Positions 35,208-47,194 of a stretch of DNA of 64,000 nt are shown here, piece after piece; position 1 is the stretch's first letter; every line of letters starts with the position of its first letter. Both the position numbers and the translations under genes were made by a program. This DNA is from Anthoceros angustus (Eukaryota; Plantae; Anthocerotophyta), in the NCBI GenBank assembly GCA_010909165.1, contig MU008159.1, positions 620,001 through 684,000 of the forward strand. Direction: 5' to 3'. Below the pieces are notes generated by a model. It made no database searches, was not told the origin of the DNA, and was given only the letters and a program-made list of their open reading frames with translations.

Positions 35208-36716
35208 ATGGCTGCTGTGGCCAGGATGCGGGTCATTCTCAGCTCCCCCGCAGCAGCAGCAGTTCGCTGCTGCAGCCTCGCCAGCGCTCACAGTTCCGAT
35301 TCCAATCCGGATCTCGGCAGGAGACTCTACTCAGACCGACGCCACATGAGCGTGATGCAGGAGAGCTTCAGAGAGGAGTGCGACAGCATGGGGACCGTCA
35401 AAGTCCGGGCGGACAGGTACTGGGGAGCACAGACGCAACGATGCCTACAGAACTTCGAGATTGGTGACCCGGAGAGAGAGCGCATGCCGGAGCAGATCGT
35501 CCAGGCCTTCGGCGTGCTCAAAAAAGCCGCAGGCAAGGTGAACATGGAGTTCGGGCTGGACCGCGACATCGGCGCGGCCATCATGCAGGCCGCGCAGGAG
35601 GTGGCGGACGGCAAGCTCGACGCCCACTTCCCCCTCCCGGTCTGGCAGACCGGAAGCGGCACCCACAGCAACATGAACGCCAACGAGGTGATCGCCAACC
35701 GGGCCACCGAGCTCCTCAAGGGCTCCAAGCCGGTGCATCCAGGAGAGCACGTCAACATGAGCCAGACCTGCCACAGCACCTTCCCGACGGTGATGCACAT
35801 CGCGGCTGTGATCGAGATCAGATCCCGGCTCCTCCCCAAGCTCCAGGCCCTGTACGAAGCCCTGGCCGCCAGAGCCGAGGCCTTCAAGAATGTGATCAAG
35901 ATCGGGAGAACCCACATGCAGGACGCGGTGCCGCTCACCCTGGGGCAGGAATTCAGCGGCTACACGACCCAGATCAAGTACGGGATTGCGAGAATCAAGT
36001 CCGCTCTCCCGCGGCTGTACCAGCTGGCTCCGTCCTCGACCAAGGATTTCGACAAGAAGATCGCGGCCGCCATAGCCGCCGAGACCAACATCCCCTTCGT
36101 CACTGCCCACAACAGGTTCGAGGCCCTGGCGGCTCACGACGCGTTTGTGGAGGCGAGCGGGGCCTTGCTGACTCTTTCCACCTCGCTCATGAAGATGGCC
36201 AACGACATCCGGCTGCTGGGCAGCGGGCCTCGGTGCGGGCTCGGGGAGCTCCTGCTGCCGGAGAACGAGCCCGGGAGCAGCATCATGCCGGGGAAGGTGA
36301 ACCCGACCCAGTGCGAGGCGCTCACCATGGTCTGCGCGCAGGTGATCGGCAACCATGTGGCCATCACGGTGGCGGGATCCGCCGGCCACCTCCAGCTCAA
36401 CGCCTTCAAGCCGCTGCTGGCCAACGCGCTGCTGCAGGCCCTGCGCCTCACCGGCGACGCGGTTGATTCCTTCCGGAAGAACTGCGTCCTAGGCATCGAG
36501 CCCAACATCCCCCGCATCGCACAGAACCTCAGCCAGTCCCTCATGCTGGTGACGGCGCTCAATCCGGCTATAGGCTACGACAAAGCAGCTCGTGTCGCAA
36601 AGAAAGCCCATGCCGACGGATCCTCCCTCAAGGACGCTGCCCTTGCTCTCGGGTTCCTCACATCGGCGGAGTTCGATGACCTTGTGGATCCTGGAAAAAT
36701 GCTCTCTCCTTCCTGA
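35208..36716 (+). CDS. Intronless class II fumarase-like protein (502 aa) with remodelled active-site region and a putative N-terminal targeting peptide
   Basis: [68 protein letters not shown]; plant-type sequence throughout. SQSSNDTFPT is replaced by [10 protein letters not shown] and GGTAVGTGLN is absent. Confidence 0.93.
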   Translation: MAAVARMRVILSSPAAAAVRCCSLASAHSSDSNPDLGRRLYSDRRHMSVMQESFREECDSMGTVKVRADRYWGAQTQRCLQNFEIGDPERERMPEQIVQAFGVLKKAAGKVNMEFGLDRDIGAAIMQAAQEVADGKLDAHFPLPVWQTGSGTHSNMNANEVIANRATELLKGSKPVHPGEHVNMSQTCHSTFPTVMHIAAVIEIRSRLLPKLQALYEALAARAEAFKNVIKIGRTHMQDAVPLTLGQEFSGYTTQIKYGIARIKSALPRLYQLAPSSTKDFDKKIAAAIAAETNIPFVTAHNRFEALAAHDAFVEASGALLTLSTSLMKMANDIRLLGSGPRCGLGELLLPENEPGSSIMPGKVNPTQCEALTMVCAQVIGNHVAITVAGSAGHLQLNAFKPLLANALLQALRLTGDAVDSFRKNCVLGIEPNIPRIAQNLSQSLMLVTALNPAIGYDKAARVAKKAHADGSSLKDAALALGFLTSAEFDDLVDPGKMLSPS

Positions 36717-37110
36717 CAGAGACAGGGCCAAGCCACTTTTTTCTCAACAAATACTCCACAATTGCGAGCCCTGATATCCTGCGGGAATGGCATGCAGCTG
36801 TTGTGGCATGGGGAGCCAAGAGCTCCGCTGTGGCAACCAACAGGAGACAGTATGGAACATGGAGAAATCCAGAATAGATGCTTGTGCCCAGCGCCGTTCA
36901 AAACTGAAGAATAATACAGTGCTCAACTACTCCGCAATTGTGTGCCCTCATCTCCTGCGCCAATCGCATTCAGAGTGGCAACCAGCTGCAATTGCATGGG
37001 GACCCAGGAGCTCCACAACGTTAACCAACAGGAAGCACCATGGAACACTGAGAACCCCGGAATTGACGCTTGTGACCAGCTCCTCAGAAGACAGTGCTCA
37101 ACAGTAAACC

Positions 37111-37737
<627 letters not shown>

Positions 37738-38786
37738 GGAAGCCGATCGGCGACGCCAAAGTTCAGGGCAGGCGGGTTTCGGATTCCGGGGTTGGCACTC
37801 TTCTTTATGCCATATACCCGCGTGGTAGCCTAATAACTCATGGTAATCGTTTTTTATCTAATAGTGGATTGTATAGTGCATCTTGGGTATATGCTAATTG
37901 CCACGTGGCCCTCTTTTTTCTTTTTTTCCTTTTCTTTTTTTTCTTTTTTCTTTTTTCTTTTCTTTTTTGACACTTGGCTCTCCATGTTCAAATCCAAAGG
38001 GGCTATTGCGGATACCGTAGACGTGAAAGCTTGGGAGGAAGGTTTCTTTCAAGCCGTCGCATTCCAGAGGGAATTTAACTCTCAAAGTTGGTTGAAGTAG
38101 GGACAGATTCAAGAAGGATCCGATCCCAATTCAAGCTTGGGAGGAGCAAGAAGGATCAAGATTGGTTGAAGTAGGGACGAAGCAAAATTATTCTCCTCGG
38201 AGTGTCATAAAGGCGGCGTATCGGCTCAAGATATAGAACGGTCGATGGAATATGACTTGTTGTTGGATATCACCCAACGGTGTTAAATAATGAGGAAGTG
38301 CCGTCGTCATATGGTCGGCACATTAAAGACTTCGTGGTTCATTGAATATCAACAAATAATTGGAAAGGCAATCAGCCGTAATTTTCACTTATTCGCGGTC
38401 AAGAGGAAGTCAAGAGGAAGAGGATGGTTAGGGCAGTTGTTACATTTGGTTTCAGTGCATAACTTGAACAGGGTTGCGCGCAAACCTTGAAGCCTGCACC
38501 TTGCTTCGGTGGCGGCCTTTCCAGTTATAGCGGCGTCAGCGACAGCGCATCCACACCGGCATCACCAGCAGACAAGAGCGAACACGCCGGGCACAAGCGG
38601 AATTTGTAGCGAATCCAGCAGTATCAGGCGGGAGGAAGTTGTCGTCTTCGTGTGGGCTCCAATTTCCAAGGTTGGCTACACCATTTGTAGGCAATTGTCT
38701 GCAATTCTCACTTAGATTGCAATTCATGCTCTTCCACTAACGTCGTTGAGGGGACCTGACGTTTCTTGTGTGTGGAGGAATAGGGA

Positions 38787-40300
38787 ATGGCCATGGGCAG
38801 GCGGAGCAAGAAGGATCAAGAAGAGTGGGTCCCCGATCCCCCTGAGACTTTGCAGAAGGCGAAGAAGCCTCGTGCCACAGGGAAAGGGAAAGCAACAGCG
38901 ACGGGAAAAAGAGTTGAGAGTTTGCAGGGCAAACCAGTATCTGCGACAAGCGGTGGGGCGCAGGCCAGCCCCCCGATTGCACAGGGGATGAAAACAGCAG
39001 CTGGTGGACAGACAAAGTCATGATAAAATATATACCTATTTAGGGCACTATTCGCTGGGTACCTTTAAATCCCTAGAATTAATGATTAATCAATTCTTAG
39101 GGCTAGAAGTAGTTTCTTAGGAAGTTACATAAGTAGTTAGTTGTTATATCAGTTATATCGGTTGCAACAACCTCTAACCGTTTGTACCATATAAAAATTT
39201 GCTCTAGGCAACATAATCAATGCTAAGAATCCTTTGAGCAAGCATGATTCTCATCATGGTATAAGAGCACCTTGCTCTTGATTTTTGAGCATGCTACTTG
39301 CTATCTACGAAGCTATCAATCTTCTAATGCCTATTCTAGTTTGAATCCTCTAATTTTCTAGATATGCATCGAGGAAATTTGATCTTCAGCAGCAATTACA
39401 TCATGTTCAACATTGCTTTTATATGATGCACAATTTGTGCATGCAATTCTTTCCAATTTGCCATGGATCTCTTTAAAGCCTGGTAATCATAAGAATTGGA
39501 GAGCATTCAAGGTTGCAGAGCAGAAGAGATTTTATAAGACACACGACATTTTGTGTTTGAAAAAGGCAAATACTCGAATTGACAAAATTGAAGAACTTTC
39601 AGAACAAGTTTGTAATTTCATTGGTTCAATTTTGATTAAGTCTGACAATCAAAGACAGAAAATCAAAGTAGCTAGAAGTAGATTGCTTACCTCATTATCT
39701 CCAATACAAGTTAAGGCTATTGAGTTAGCATTGTAAGGTATCCTAACATCAGTGCAGGTCCCTCTACTCCTAGCTCTAACAATTTGCAGCCAAGTGTCAC
39801 CTTAATTCAGTCAAGTATAAAGGAACTTTACGAATTTGTTCAAGATAGATTAGGCTTACTAACAAGCAAAATCTGTGATCTTAGCAATCACGTTGATCAA
39901 TTGAATCGCAAAGTATCTGTTCTATTTAACAATAGTCCTTTTCATTCAGTAGTTCCTGAGTATGCAGATGCTAATTCTGATGAGAATGCAGATAATTGTG
40001 CATACATGAGCTTTCCCAAGGCGATACCGGCACAACATAGTCATGCTCTCTAAACATCACCTGCAATGTCTCGGCTGGACGATGATGAAGAACAATTTGT
40101 CGACGATTTCAACAACGAAAAGTCCAAGGATAAAGACAATGATAGAGATTCATCATGAGAGCTGGCTTCTTGCGAATAGAGTAGATGGAGAGGGAGGCAA
40201 ATGAGGCAATCCTTGAAAGGTAGCGCAAGGAGGAAGAGAAAGCCATTATGAAGGTACAAGCAGAGGTAGCTCGGATTGCCGTGAAAATATGAATGTCTGA
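38787..40300 (+). other. Decayed, unassigned TE-like coding remnants (coiled-coil and acidic stretches)
   Basis: Short frames such as IDKIEELSEQV, ICDLSNHVDQLNRKV and DDDEEQFVDDFNNEK; no diagnostic motif. Confidence 0.2.
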
Positions 40301-40399
40301 TCTAGTGCATCTTTTTGCATTAAGCTTGCGTCCATGCTATCCCGTTTAAGTCCTATGGTGGACGTAGAGTGTCGAGATTACCCATATCATTGACACAGG

Positions 40400-40870
40400 T
40401 AGACTCAAGGGTATTAATATGAACATGTGTTGTCCAACATGTGAACAATGCTTTTGCAAGTAGTGTACAATCTTCGAATTCGCACCCAATAGTTATAGGT
40501 TTGCTAAATACGGTTTGAAAACATTTTCCTACCCAAAAATGTTGCAATTGATGAATGTGTGAGAATCCTCCTTACCAACCTCTAGGTATATAAATTTTGA
40601 AATTGTTAAAGAACCCCGTCCTATAGACACTCAACTACTCTGTGAACTTTGCTTGCTCCGTACACAAGGGTCACCTCTTATTAAAGGATGGCTAGGTGGG
40701 GGTAGGTCTCCCTCTATCATGTGTGGTGGCTTTTTTCCAGCAACATGTTTCCTAGGTTTGAGAGAGGGACAAAGATGTTGCTTCCCCCTTATGCCAAACT
40801 TTTCTTCGGGAGTGGATCATAGTGAAGCAATCTCTCATGTAGAAGCCCCCATCCACTCGAACAGATGTCC
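40400..40870 (+). mobile_element. Highly decayed CRE-like RLE tail fragment
   Basis: DG*VGVGLPLSCVVAFFQQHVS*V*ER matches NGVGLPLSSVVAFFRQRVSIALQR of the 18.9-19.3 kb copy. Confidence 0.6.
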
Positions 40871-41087
40871 TCAACTTGTGGATTCAATGACATGATTACA
40901 TATGGAAGTGGGAAACTAGGGCGGGCGTCCGTAGGTGTGGAGTGCCAAATCCGATGTCCGTACTCCTGGCGACTTGTCTTAGGCTTGTTTTGTTTTTTTG
41001 GGTCGTTACTGTTAAGAGGGATAGGGAGGAGTTAGCCAATAAGGTGGCGGTTACGCACTAGTGTGCAATCCCTGACCTAGGTCCTCA

Positions 41088-41295
41088 GGCGAGGTCCGAC
41101 GGGTGGTCTGCCCGGGCGAGGTCCGACGGGTGGTCTGCCCGGGCGAGGTCCGACGGGTGGTCTGCCCGGGCGAGGTCCGACGGGTGGTCCGTCAGGCGGT
41201 CCGTGAGTGGTCTGCCCGGGCGAGGTCCGACGGGTGGTCTGCCCGGGCGAGGTCCGACGGGTGGTCTGCCCGGGCGAGGTCCGACGGGTGGTCAG
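41088..41295. repeat. 27-bp GC-rich tandem repeat GGGCGAGGTCCGACGGGTGGTCTGCCC, about 7 copies
   Basis: Directly visible inside the LTR-like element. Confidence 0.95.
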
Positions 41296-41687
41296 TCAGA
41301 GGTCCGTGAAGTGGTGCCGGGTGGTTTAGTTGGTGGGCATCGCTGGCATGGATCTCTTGTTTTGGCGGGAAGCTGCAAGAAGTCACAGTGATGATAAGCT
41401 GCCGCATTACGACCTAGGGTTATGATACATACATAGGCGGGTTAGGTTAGGGTATGGGAGTATATAGGAAGGCTGGCGTCCAAGGCGGACTATCCGGGTA
41501 CCATCTTCGCGCTCCTGTGCTCTTGCCTTCCGTGCTCGAGGCGGAGTGAGTTCTGCCACCGTGCGTGATTAATTGGTGGTAGAGGGATGTGTTTAGAGCT
41601 CGTGACGAGCTCCGCCAACACGCTTGATGGGTGCGACCAAGGTGGGCTCCGAGCTCGGAGGTGCATGGGTGATTTCTCGTAGACTAA

Positions 41688-41960
41688 CCTTGGAGGCTGG
41701 AACGGCGTGGGGATGCAGTGAAGCCACTTCTCATGAGCGTGAAGGCTGGAGGGGATTAGGAGGCGCTTGGGCGACTGGGCGGAAGCCATCCTTGGAGGCT
41801 GGAACGGAGGTCATGGGGATGCAGGCTGAAGCCACTTCTCCATGAGCGTGAAGCGGAGGATTAGGAGGCGCTTGGGCGACTGTGGAAGCCATCCTTGAAA
41901 TTTCTGGAGCGGAGGCATGGGGATGCAGTGAAGCCACTTCTCCATGAGCGTGAAGCGGTA
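41688..41960. repeat. About 102-bp tandem repeat, about 2.7 copies
   Basis: Units begin CCTTG(G/A) at 41688, 41790 and about 41893, and share GGGGATGCAG(T)GAAGCCACTTCTC(C)ATGAGCGTGAAG. Confidence 0.85.
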
Positions 41961-42352
41961 GGGCAAAGGCGGCCCGTGTGAATACACATCAGCGTGTTGG
42001 TGTTGTGACTACTAGGGAATGGATAAGGGAGAAGGATCGTGTTACGGCGTGTGTGTTGAGGTGGAGTTGTGGCGGATGAGTTGAGGAGCGCCAGGCGCTG
42101 GGCGTGGGCGGAAGGCAGCGTCGTTAAACCTGCTCCAGATCTTGGAGAAATCCGGGGGTTGTGGGAAGGTCCGGTGGCTGCTGGTCCAAGCAGTTGTGGA
42201 GGGGCACACTTAGGGTTGTGGAGCCGGACCCAACACGTGAAGTGGTCAGCGATAGTAAACTCGAGCAGAATAAGCACGAGACCATTCCTTGGGAACGGAC
42301 TCCTTCCTACAACGACAGGATTGTCTTGGTGGCCGTCAAAAGTCGCGCCACA

Positions 42353-43650
42353 TTTTGTCTCTGTTTTTTAAGGCCGCAGCTTTCAAACCTGCTATGCATG
42401 TCTCGAGAAATGAAGCCTAAGGGCTACTCTATTACCATGACCTTGTTTCTGGCGAATGGCATAAATGGGGCTGTGGTATACTTCTCCCTGAACAGTATTG
42501 AGTAAGGACCTATGAGGATGGAGACTCTCTTGTCCTCGTTTTCGCCACCACCACCCATCAAAGGTTGTTGAAATCTCAGCCAAAGGGACTTGTTCATGCC
42601 AAGCCAACAGGAAGTCTCATTGTTGGGAGTCTCCTTGTGGAATTTTTTCTTGGAGTTGCCATGTCCTACCCCGACCATGAAGGACTCTGACTGGTGTCAG
42701 GAGCTGACAGACAATTAATACTTGTTTCTGAGTTTCACCAGCATGCCAAACTCGAGCTGCGTGTGATATTCTTAGCAAATAGCTGCAGTACCCTCCAGAC
42801 CTGTCACCAAGAGCACCATATTGTTTGGGAGAACACCCTCACGGTTATGCCCCTCCGTCTTGGTGACAATATACCACATCCCAATTATTACTCACTCCTC
42901 TTGTTGCAAAGGTAAGTAAAGCCTGTCATCCAGCCCGACATTGAGCCAGGTGCGTAACCGGTTAGCCCCCTATAGGGACAAACCAAACTCTTGTCTTAGC
43001 ATTGTTACAGACTTCCAGAGATGTGTCTGGTGGTCCCATGCATCACTTAACTGTAACAGGCCATAACTATTCTCTTGCAAACCTCCTCACACTGTAACAC
43101 ATAAAAGAAATACACATACCTAGATGGATATGGCCGCCGATGCTTTGGAAGAATCCTGGCATCCCTCCAAAAGCGCAAGGCGTGGCTTGGCAATTCCTTC
43201 AAGCTGCCCTCCCAAATGCAGACCGATGGGATGGTTTGTTCCTTGCCACGGGAACCGAGAATTGTACCCTCTACACGACGGTGGAGCACACAAGAGTCAA
43301 CACATTTTTTTCCATTGTCACATACCCAAGATGGTATGGGAGGTAATACTCAGGTGGATCAGTCTGCCCATACCATCTCTGCCGACTAACCTGCAGGTAC
43401 ATACTGCCGTGTTTGGCTTACATCCAGTTACCAATAGTCCCTTGGTAAAAGGACAGTGGTGGCCCGTCCTATGGGCCATCACCCTTTTCACATTATGGAG
43501 TCATTGGACGAGGGTAGTGTATGGAGGTCACATCTCAGCCACCACAAAAGGTCTTCTGTGCACAATTTGGGAGGCTGTAACAGTGGCAGGTATTGGTCTA
43601 GGCCTTTGCCGCCCGAAGAAATTTTGAGGTGGATTCGAGTAGGACTGTTG
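42353..43650 (+). mobile_element. L1-clade LINE 3' fragment (zf-RVT region), decayed
   Basis: LWKNPGIPPKAQGVAWQFLQAALP...CTL..HKSQHIFFHCHIPKMVWEVILRW...WWPVLWAITLFTLWSHW is a typical L1 zf-RVT/C-terminal pattern. Confidence 0.75.
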
Positions 43651-43990
43651 GTGGAACATGATGGTAAATTGCTTGCTGCTCCATGCCCATGCCCATGCTT
43701 GAGCCAAGGTGATAGTAGAAAGGTGGCAAAGGAAGGAATTTGTAAGCCCTATCCTTATTTGGAGACTTGGGCCGGTTATTACTTGGGCCGGTTGGGACTT
43801 GGGTTGGGTTGGGAATGTGTGCAAGTGGCATGGGGTTGTTTCGAGAGACGAGAACCAAGTGATAAAAGAACACCAAGGCACTTATAAGGCGTGTAGCTCA
43901 TAGAGATACTAGGTTTTGTTTGGTTATTGTAGGTAGCAGACATAGACGTGGTGATTGTCTCTAGGCTGAATGCAGCCTAAGCCTGTATAT

Positions 43991-44174
43991 ATGTCCTGAA
44001 TATGTCTTTCCAAATATGTCCTGAATATGTCCTTCCAAATATGTCCTGAATATGTCTTTCCAAATATGTCCTGAATATGTCTTTCCAAATATGTCCTGAA
44101 TATGTCTTTCCAAATATGTCCTGAATATGTCTTTCCAAATATGTCCTGAATATGTCTTTCCAAATATGTCCTGA
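43991..44174. repeat. 25-bp near-perfect minisatellite ATGTCCTGAATATGTCTTTCCAAAT, about 7.3 copies
   Basis: Period 25 (43991, 44016, 44041...), with one variant unit. Confidence 0.97.
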
Positions 44175-44421
44175 TCAAATGAGAAGTGTACACTATAAAA
44201 AACCCTGCGAAGCTACGGGTCAAGAAATAACGCTTTTGGGCTAGGGTAGCGGAGAGCTTGTTACGCTGCAGGAGGCAGCAGCAGGTGTTGACTCTTCACC
44301 ACAGCAGCAACTGGGTTTCAGTGGCTCGCTCCCTCGCTCCATCCTGCGCACGCTGCGCAGCGTCCTTCGTTCCCGGTGCCGCGATCTGGGTGCATGGTGG
44401 ACATCCTGAGGCTTCTTTAGC

Positions 44422-46455
44422 ATGACGGGCTTTGGCACGGGTCCATTGCCTGTCAGAAGTGCCATCTACGTGAGCAACCTCCCTCCCGGGACGGATGAGG
44501 TGCTTCTGGCTGAGCATTTCGGGCAGATTGGATTGATCAAGGTACGTCGGTCCTGGCGTGCAGCCGCAGTCAAGATTTGTGTGATGCAGGATCTGGATGC
44601 CGTGTGACCTATTTTTGTGGCTGTGGCGTGCCATGCCGTCTCATGTTGCGCAAATCTTCGCAGAAAGACAAGCGGTCGAATAGACCTAAGATCTGGATAT
44701 ACCGGGACAAGGCCACAAATGAGCCTAAGGGAGACGCAACTGTCACGTACGAGGACCCGCATGCAGCGTCTGCGGCAGTGGACTGGTTCAACAACACGGA
44801 CTTTCGTGGTAGTGTGATATGTGTCTCGATTGCAGAGTCGAAGAATAAGGAATCGTCTGAGCCGCCTCCGCCACCTCCCGTGGAGGAAGCCCCTGCTGAG
44901 GTGGATGCGGAGGAAGACCCGTTGGCAGGGGAGGCAGGGTTAGCAGGGAAAGGTCGTGGCCGTGGGGAGCCCGGCGCAAAGGCAGCCTGGCAACAGGAGG
45001 GGGATTGGCCATGTCCAAATCCAAGGTCTGTGATGACTTTGGTGAGCAGCTCAAGATTCTCCTTGAACCCTATGTGTGTTGGTCCAGTGAAGTGCGATGT
45101 GGTTGGAGTTCTTATGCCAGTCTGTTGAAGGGCAAGTGTGATGTCATATGAAAGCATCGTGGTTTTTTCCTGGGCGTTGGTGGGGACACTTTGGACTTAC
45201 GGTGGCTTTCCTGATACTTTTGTACATGTGTAGCTGTGCGAACATTAATTTTGCTTTCCGAGGCGTTTGCAATCGGTGTGGAAGTGCACGGCCCTCGGGT
45301 GGTTCTGGCGGTGGAGGTGGGGCTGGAGGAGGTCGTGGTCGCGGGAGAGGAGCAGTTGCAGGTTTAGAAGGTGCCGGTCGTGGTGCACGAGCGCCTGGAG
45401 GCCCTCCCGGCCTGTTTGGTCCGAATGACTGGAACTGTCCCATGTCAGTAAATATTCAGCAGAGATTATGCGTCAATGTCTGACAACTCCTTGTGTTTTG
45501 TTCTCTGATGGTGTGGGTTTGCACATGGACAGGTGTGGGAATATCAATTGGGCAAAGCGCACAAAATGCAATATCTGCAACACCACGAAACCTGGTCACA
45601 ACGAAGGTGGTGCAAGGTATGAAGTAATGCAGGAACCCCGGGGCATCCTAAAGAAGAGTTTTGGTGTGTTGTGTCCCAATATGCTATATCCGGCAAACCA
45701 TAATCCCCGTCTGGCCTCTGCAGGGAAGGAAGGGCTGGTGGCTATAAAGAATTTGATGAAGCAGAGATTGAGGAGACACGTAGAAGGCGGAAGGAGCTGG
45801 AAGAAGTGAGTTGCTCGGTTGTGTTACTGTCTGTATTAAGTGGCTTAAAATCTCCATCTCTTTATGATTGTGAGCTTGTGCTCATTGCTGTTGTCAGGAT
45901 GATGGGGAAATGTATGATGAGTTTGGCAATCTGAAGAAGAAGTTCAGAGTGAAAGCTAAACAAGGGGAGGCTCATATCCAGCAGGCGGTGTCAGGGGTTG
46001 GGAAGGCAGGGTGGGACGTTGGGGAGTTTGGTGTCACGGAATCTGGCAGAATGAAAGAAAGAAGTAAGGACAGAAATGACAAGGATGGCGATTGGGACAC
46101 AGAGAGAAGTCGAGAAAGGAGTGGTGACTACGAGGATGGAAGAAATGGCCATCGGACTTCCAAGGATGGAGATCTGCACAACGATGTGGAGAAAGATGGA
46201 AGTCGCGACAGAGAGAGACCAAAGGATCGCGATCGTTCGTGGCATGAAGCAGAAAGAGGCAGAGATGTAGACAGAGATGACTACAGAGAGAGAGAGCGAA
46301 GCCGAGACCGTGACCGAGGAAGAAACAACGACAGAGATCGAAGGGACAGGTACAGGGACCTGGACCGTGCCAGGGATAGAGGAACTTACAGGGGCCGTGG
46401 TGTTGAGTCGGACGGAGGAAGGGACAGGCTCCGAGTTCGTGATAGGTTGGATTAG
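44422..46455 (+). CDS. TAF15: TAF15/FET-family RNA-binding protein (RRM + 2 RanBP2 zinc fingers + RD-rich tail); exons 44422-44541, 44664-45025, 45234-45443, 45533-45616, 45724-45805, 45898-46455
   Basis: IYVSNLPPGTDE; KIWIYRDKATNEPKGDATVTYEDPHAA; WQQEGDWPCPN/CANINFAFRGVCNRC; FGPNDWNCP/CGNINWAKRTKCNIC; MYDEFGNLKKK. Confidence 0.95.
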
Positions 46456-47194
46456 TTTTCCTCTGTAGTTACGCAGGCTCTCAAATTCCTGCTGTCCGAG
46501 CCAGCCGCTGTAGTGTTTCACCGTTCAGGCGGGAGCGAGAGTACCGACTTCAAATCTTCATCAGCACCGACTTGGTCTGGGAGGAAGGGTTGGGTTTACG
46601 GCATGCCACAAGCGTCTCCTGGCATCCAAGTACACTGTTGAGTATTTGTTTAGTGTCATTTGGCTAGGGGTAGATACCGAGCAATGTTCCTAGGTCTTGC
46701 CAATCCGTCGCCGATTTTCCTGCCGGACCTGTTTTATCATTTTGTCCTTGGCGCGTCCGTTAGCTCACCCCGTTTGTCTTTCCTGAGGTAATGTTGGCGT
46801 GCGGACCGGGATGTGGGACCGGCTTCCGGACCAAGATTGCTTGGATTGCTGTTCCAGCGACTTGTAACTTGTGTGGCTACGTTGTGATGAGCATCACACA
46901 CAGCCATGGGCCCGGATTATCGAGTGGTAGCTTCCATTTGACGTTTGTACACAAACCACCTGCGCCTAGCGAATTGAGGCAGGTCTCTTGCAGCTTTAGT
47001 CAATTGAGGCTTGCCTTCCCTCATCAGAATCCATCTGTGGACGCAGAAGTGGTCAGCCAATGAGCCAAAGACAGCCATATCTGTACACAAATCTAAGACC
47101 CTGGCGAGGCTTATTCGATCACAGAGACACTATAAGAAGGTCCTTCCCTAGTCATAAATACAAACCCAACGATGACCGCGCAAAACTCTCAACT

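Larger units (their letters stand above)
40936..42352 (+). mobile_element. 1.4-kb TGTGG...CCACA LTR-like element related to 11709-16299
   Basis: The last ~75 bp (TTCCTTGGGAACGGACTCCTTCCTACAACGACA...AAGTCGCGCCACA) match 18345-18423 and 16230-16299. The 5' end shares TGTGGA, a T-tract and AGGGAGGA. TATA-like TATATA at about 41461. Flanks GTAGG/TTTTG do not form a TSD. Confidence 0.75.

Noticed and set aside
35327-36562. Minus-strand ORFs of 203, 314 and 142 aa
   Set aside because: Antisense shadows of the high-GC3 fumarase-like ORF.
35208-36716. Horizontal transfer of a bacterial fumC (intronless, high GC)
   Set aside because: The sequence follows plant FUM closely ([21 protein letters not shown]) and has an N-terminal extension; a retrocopy is the simpler explanation.
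37911-37968. A-rich tract (minus strand) as the poly(A) tail of a retrocopied RPL23A
   Set aside because: It lies upstream of that gene, which retains both introns.
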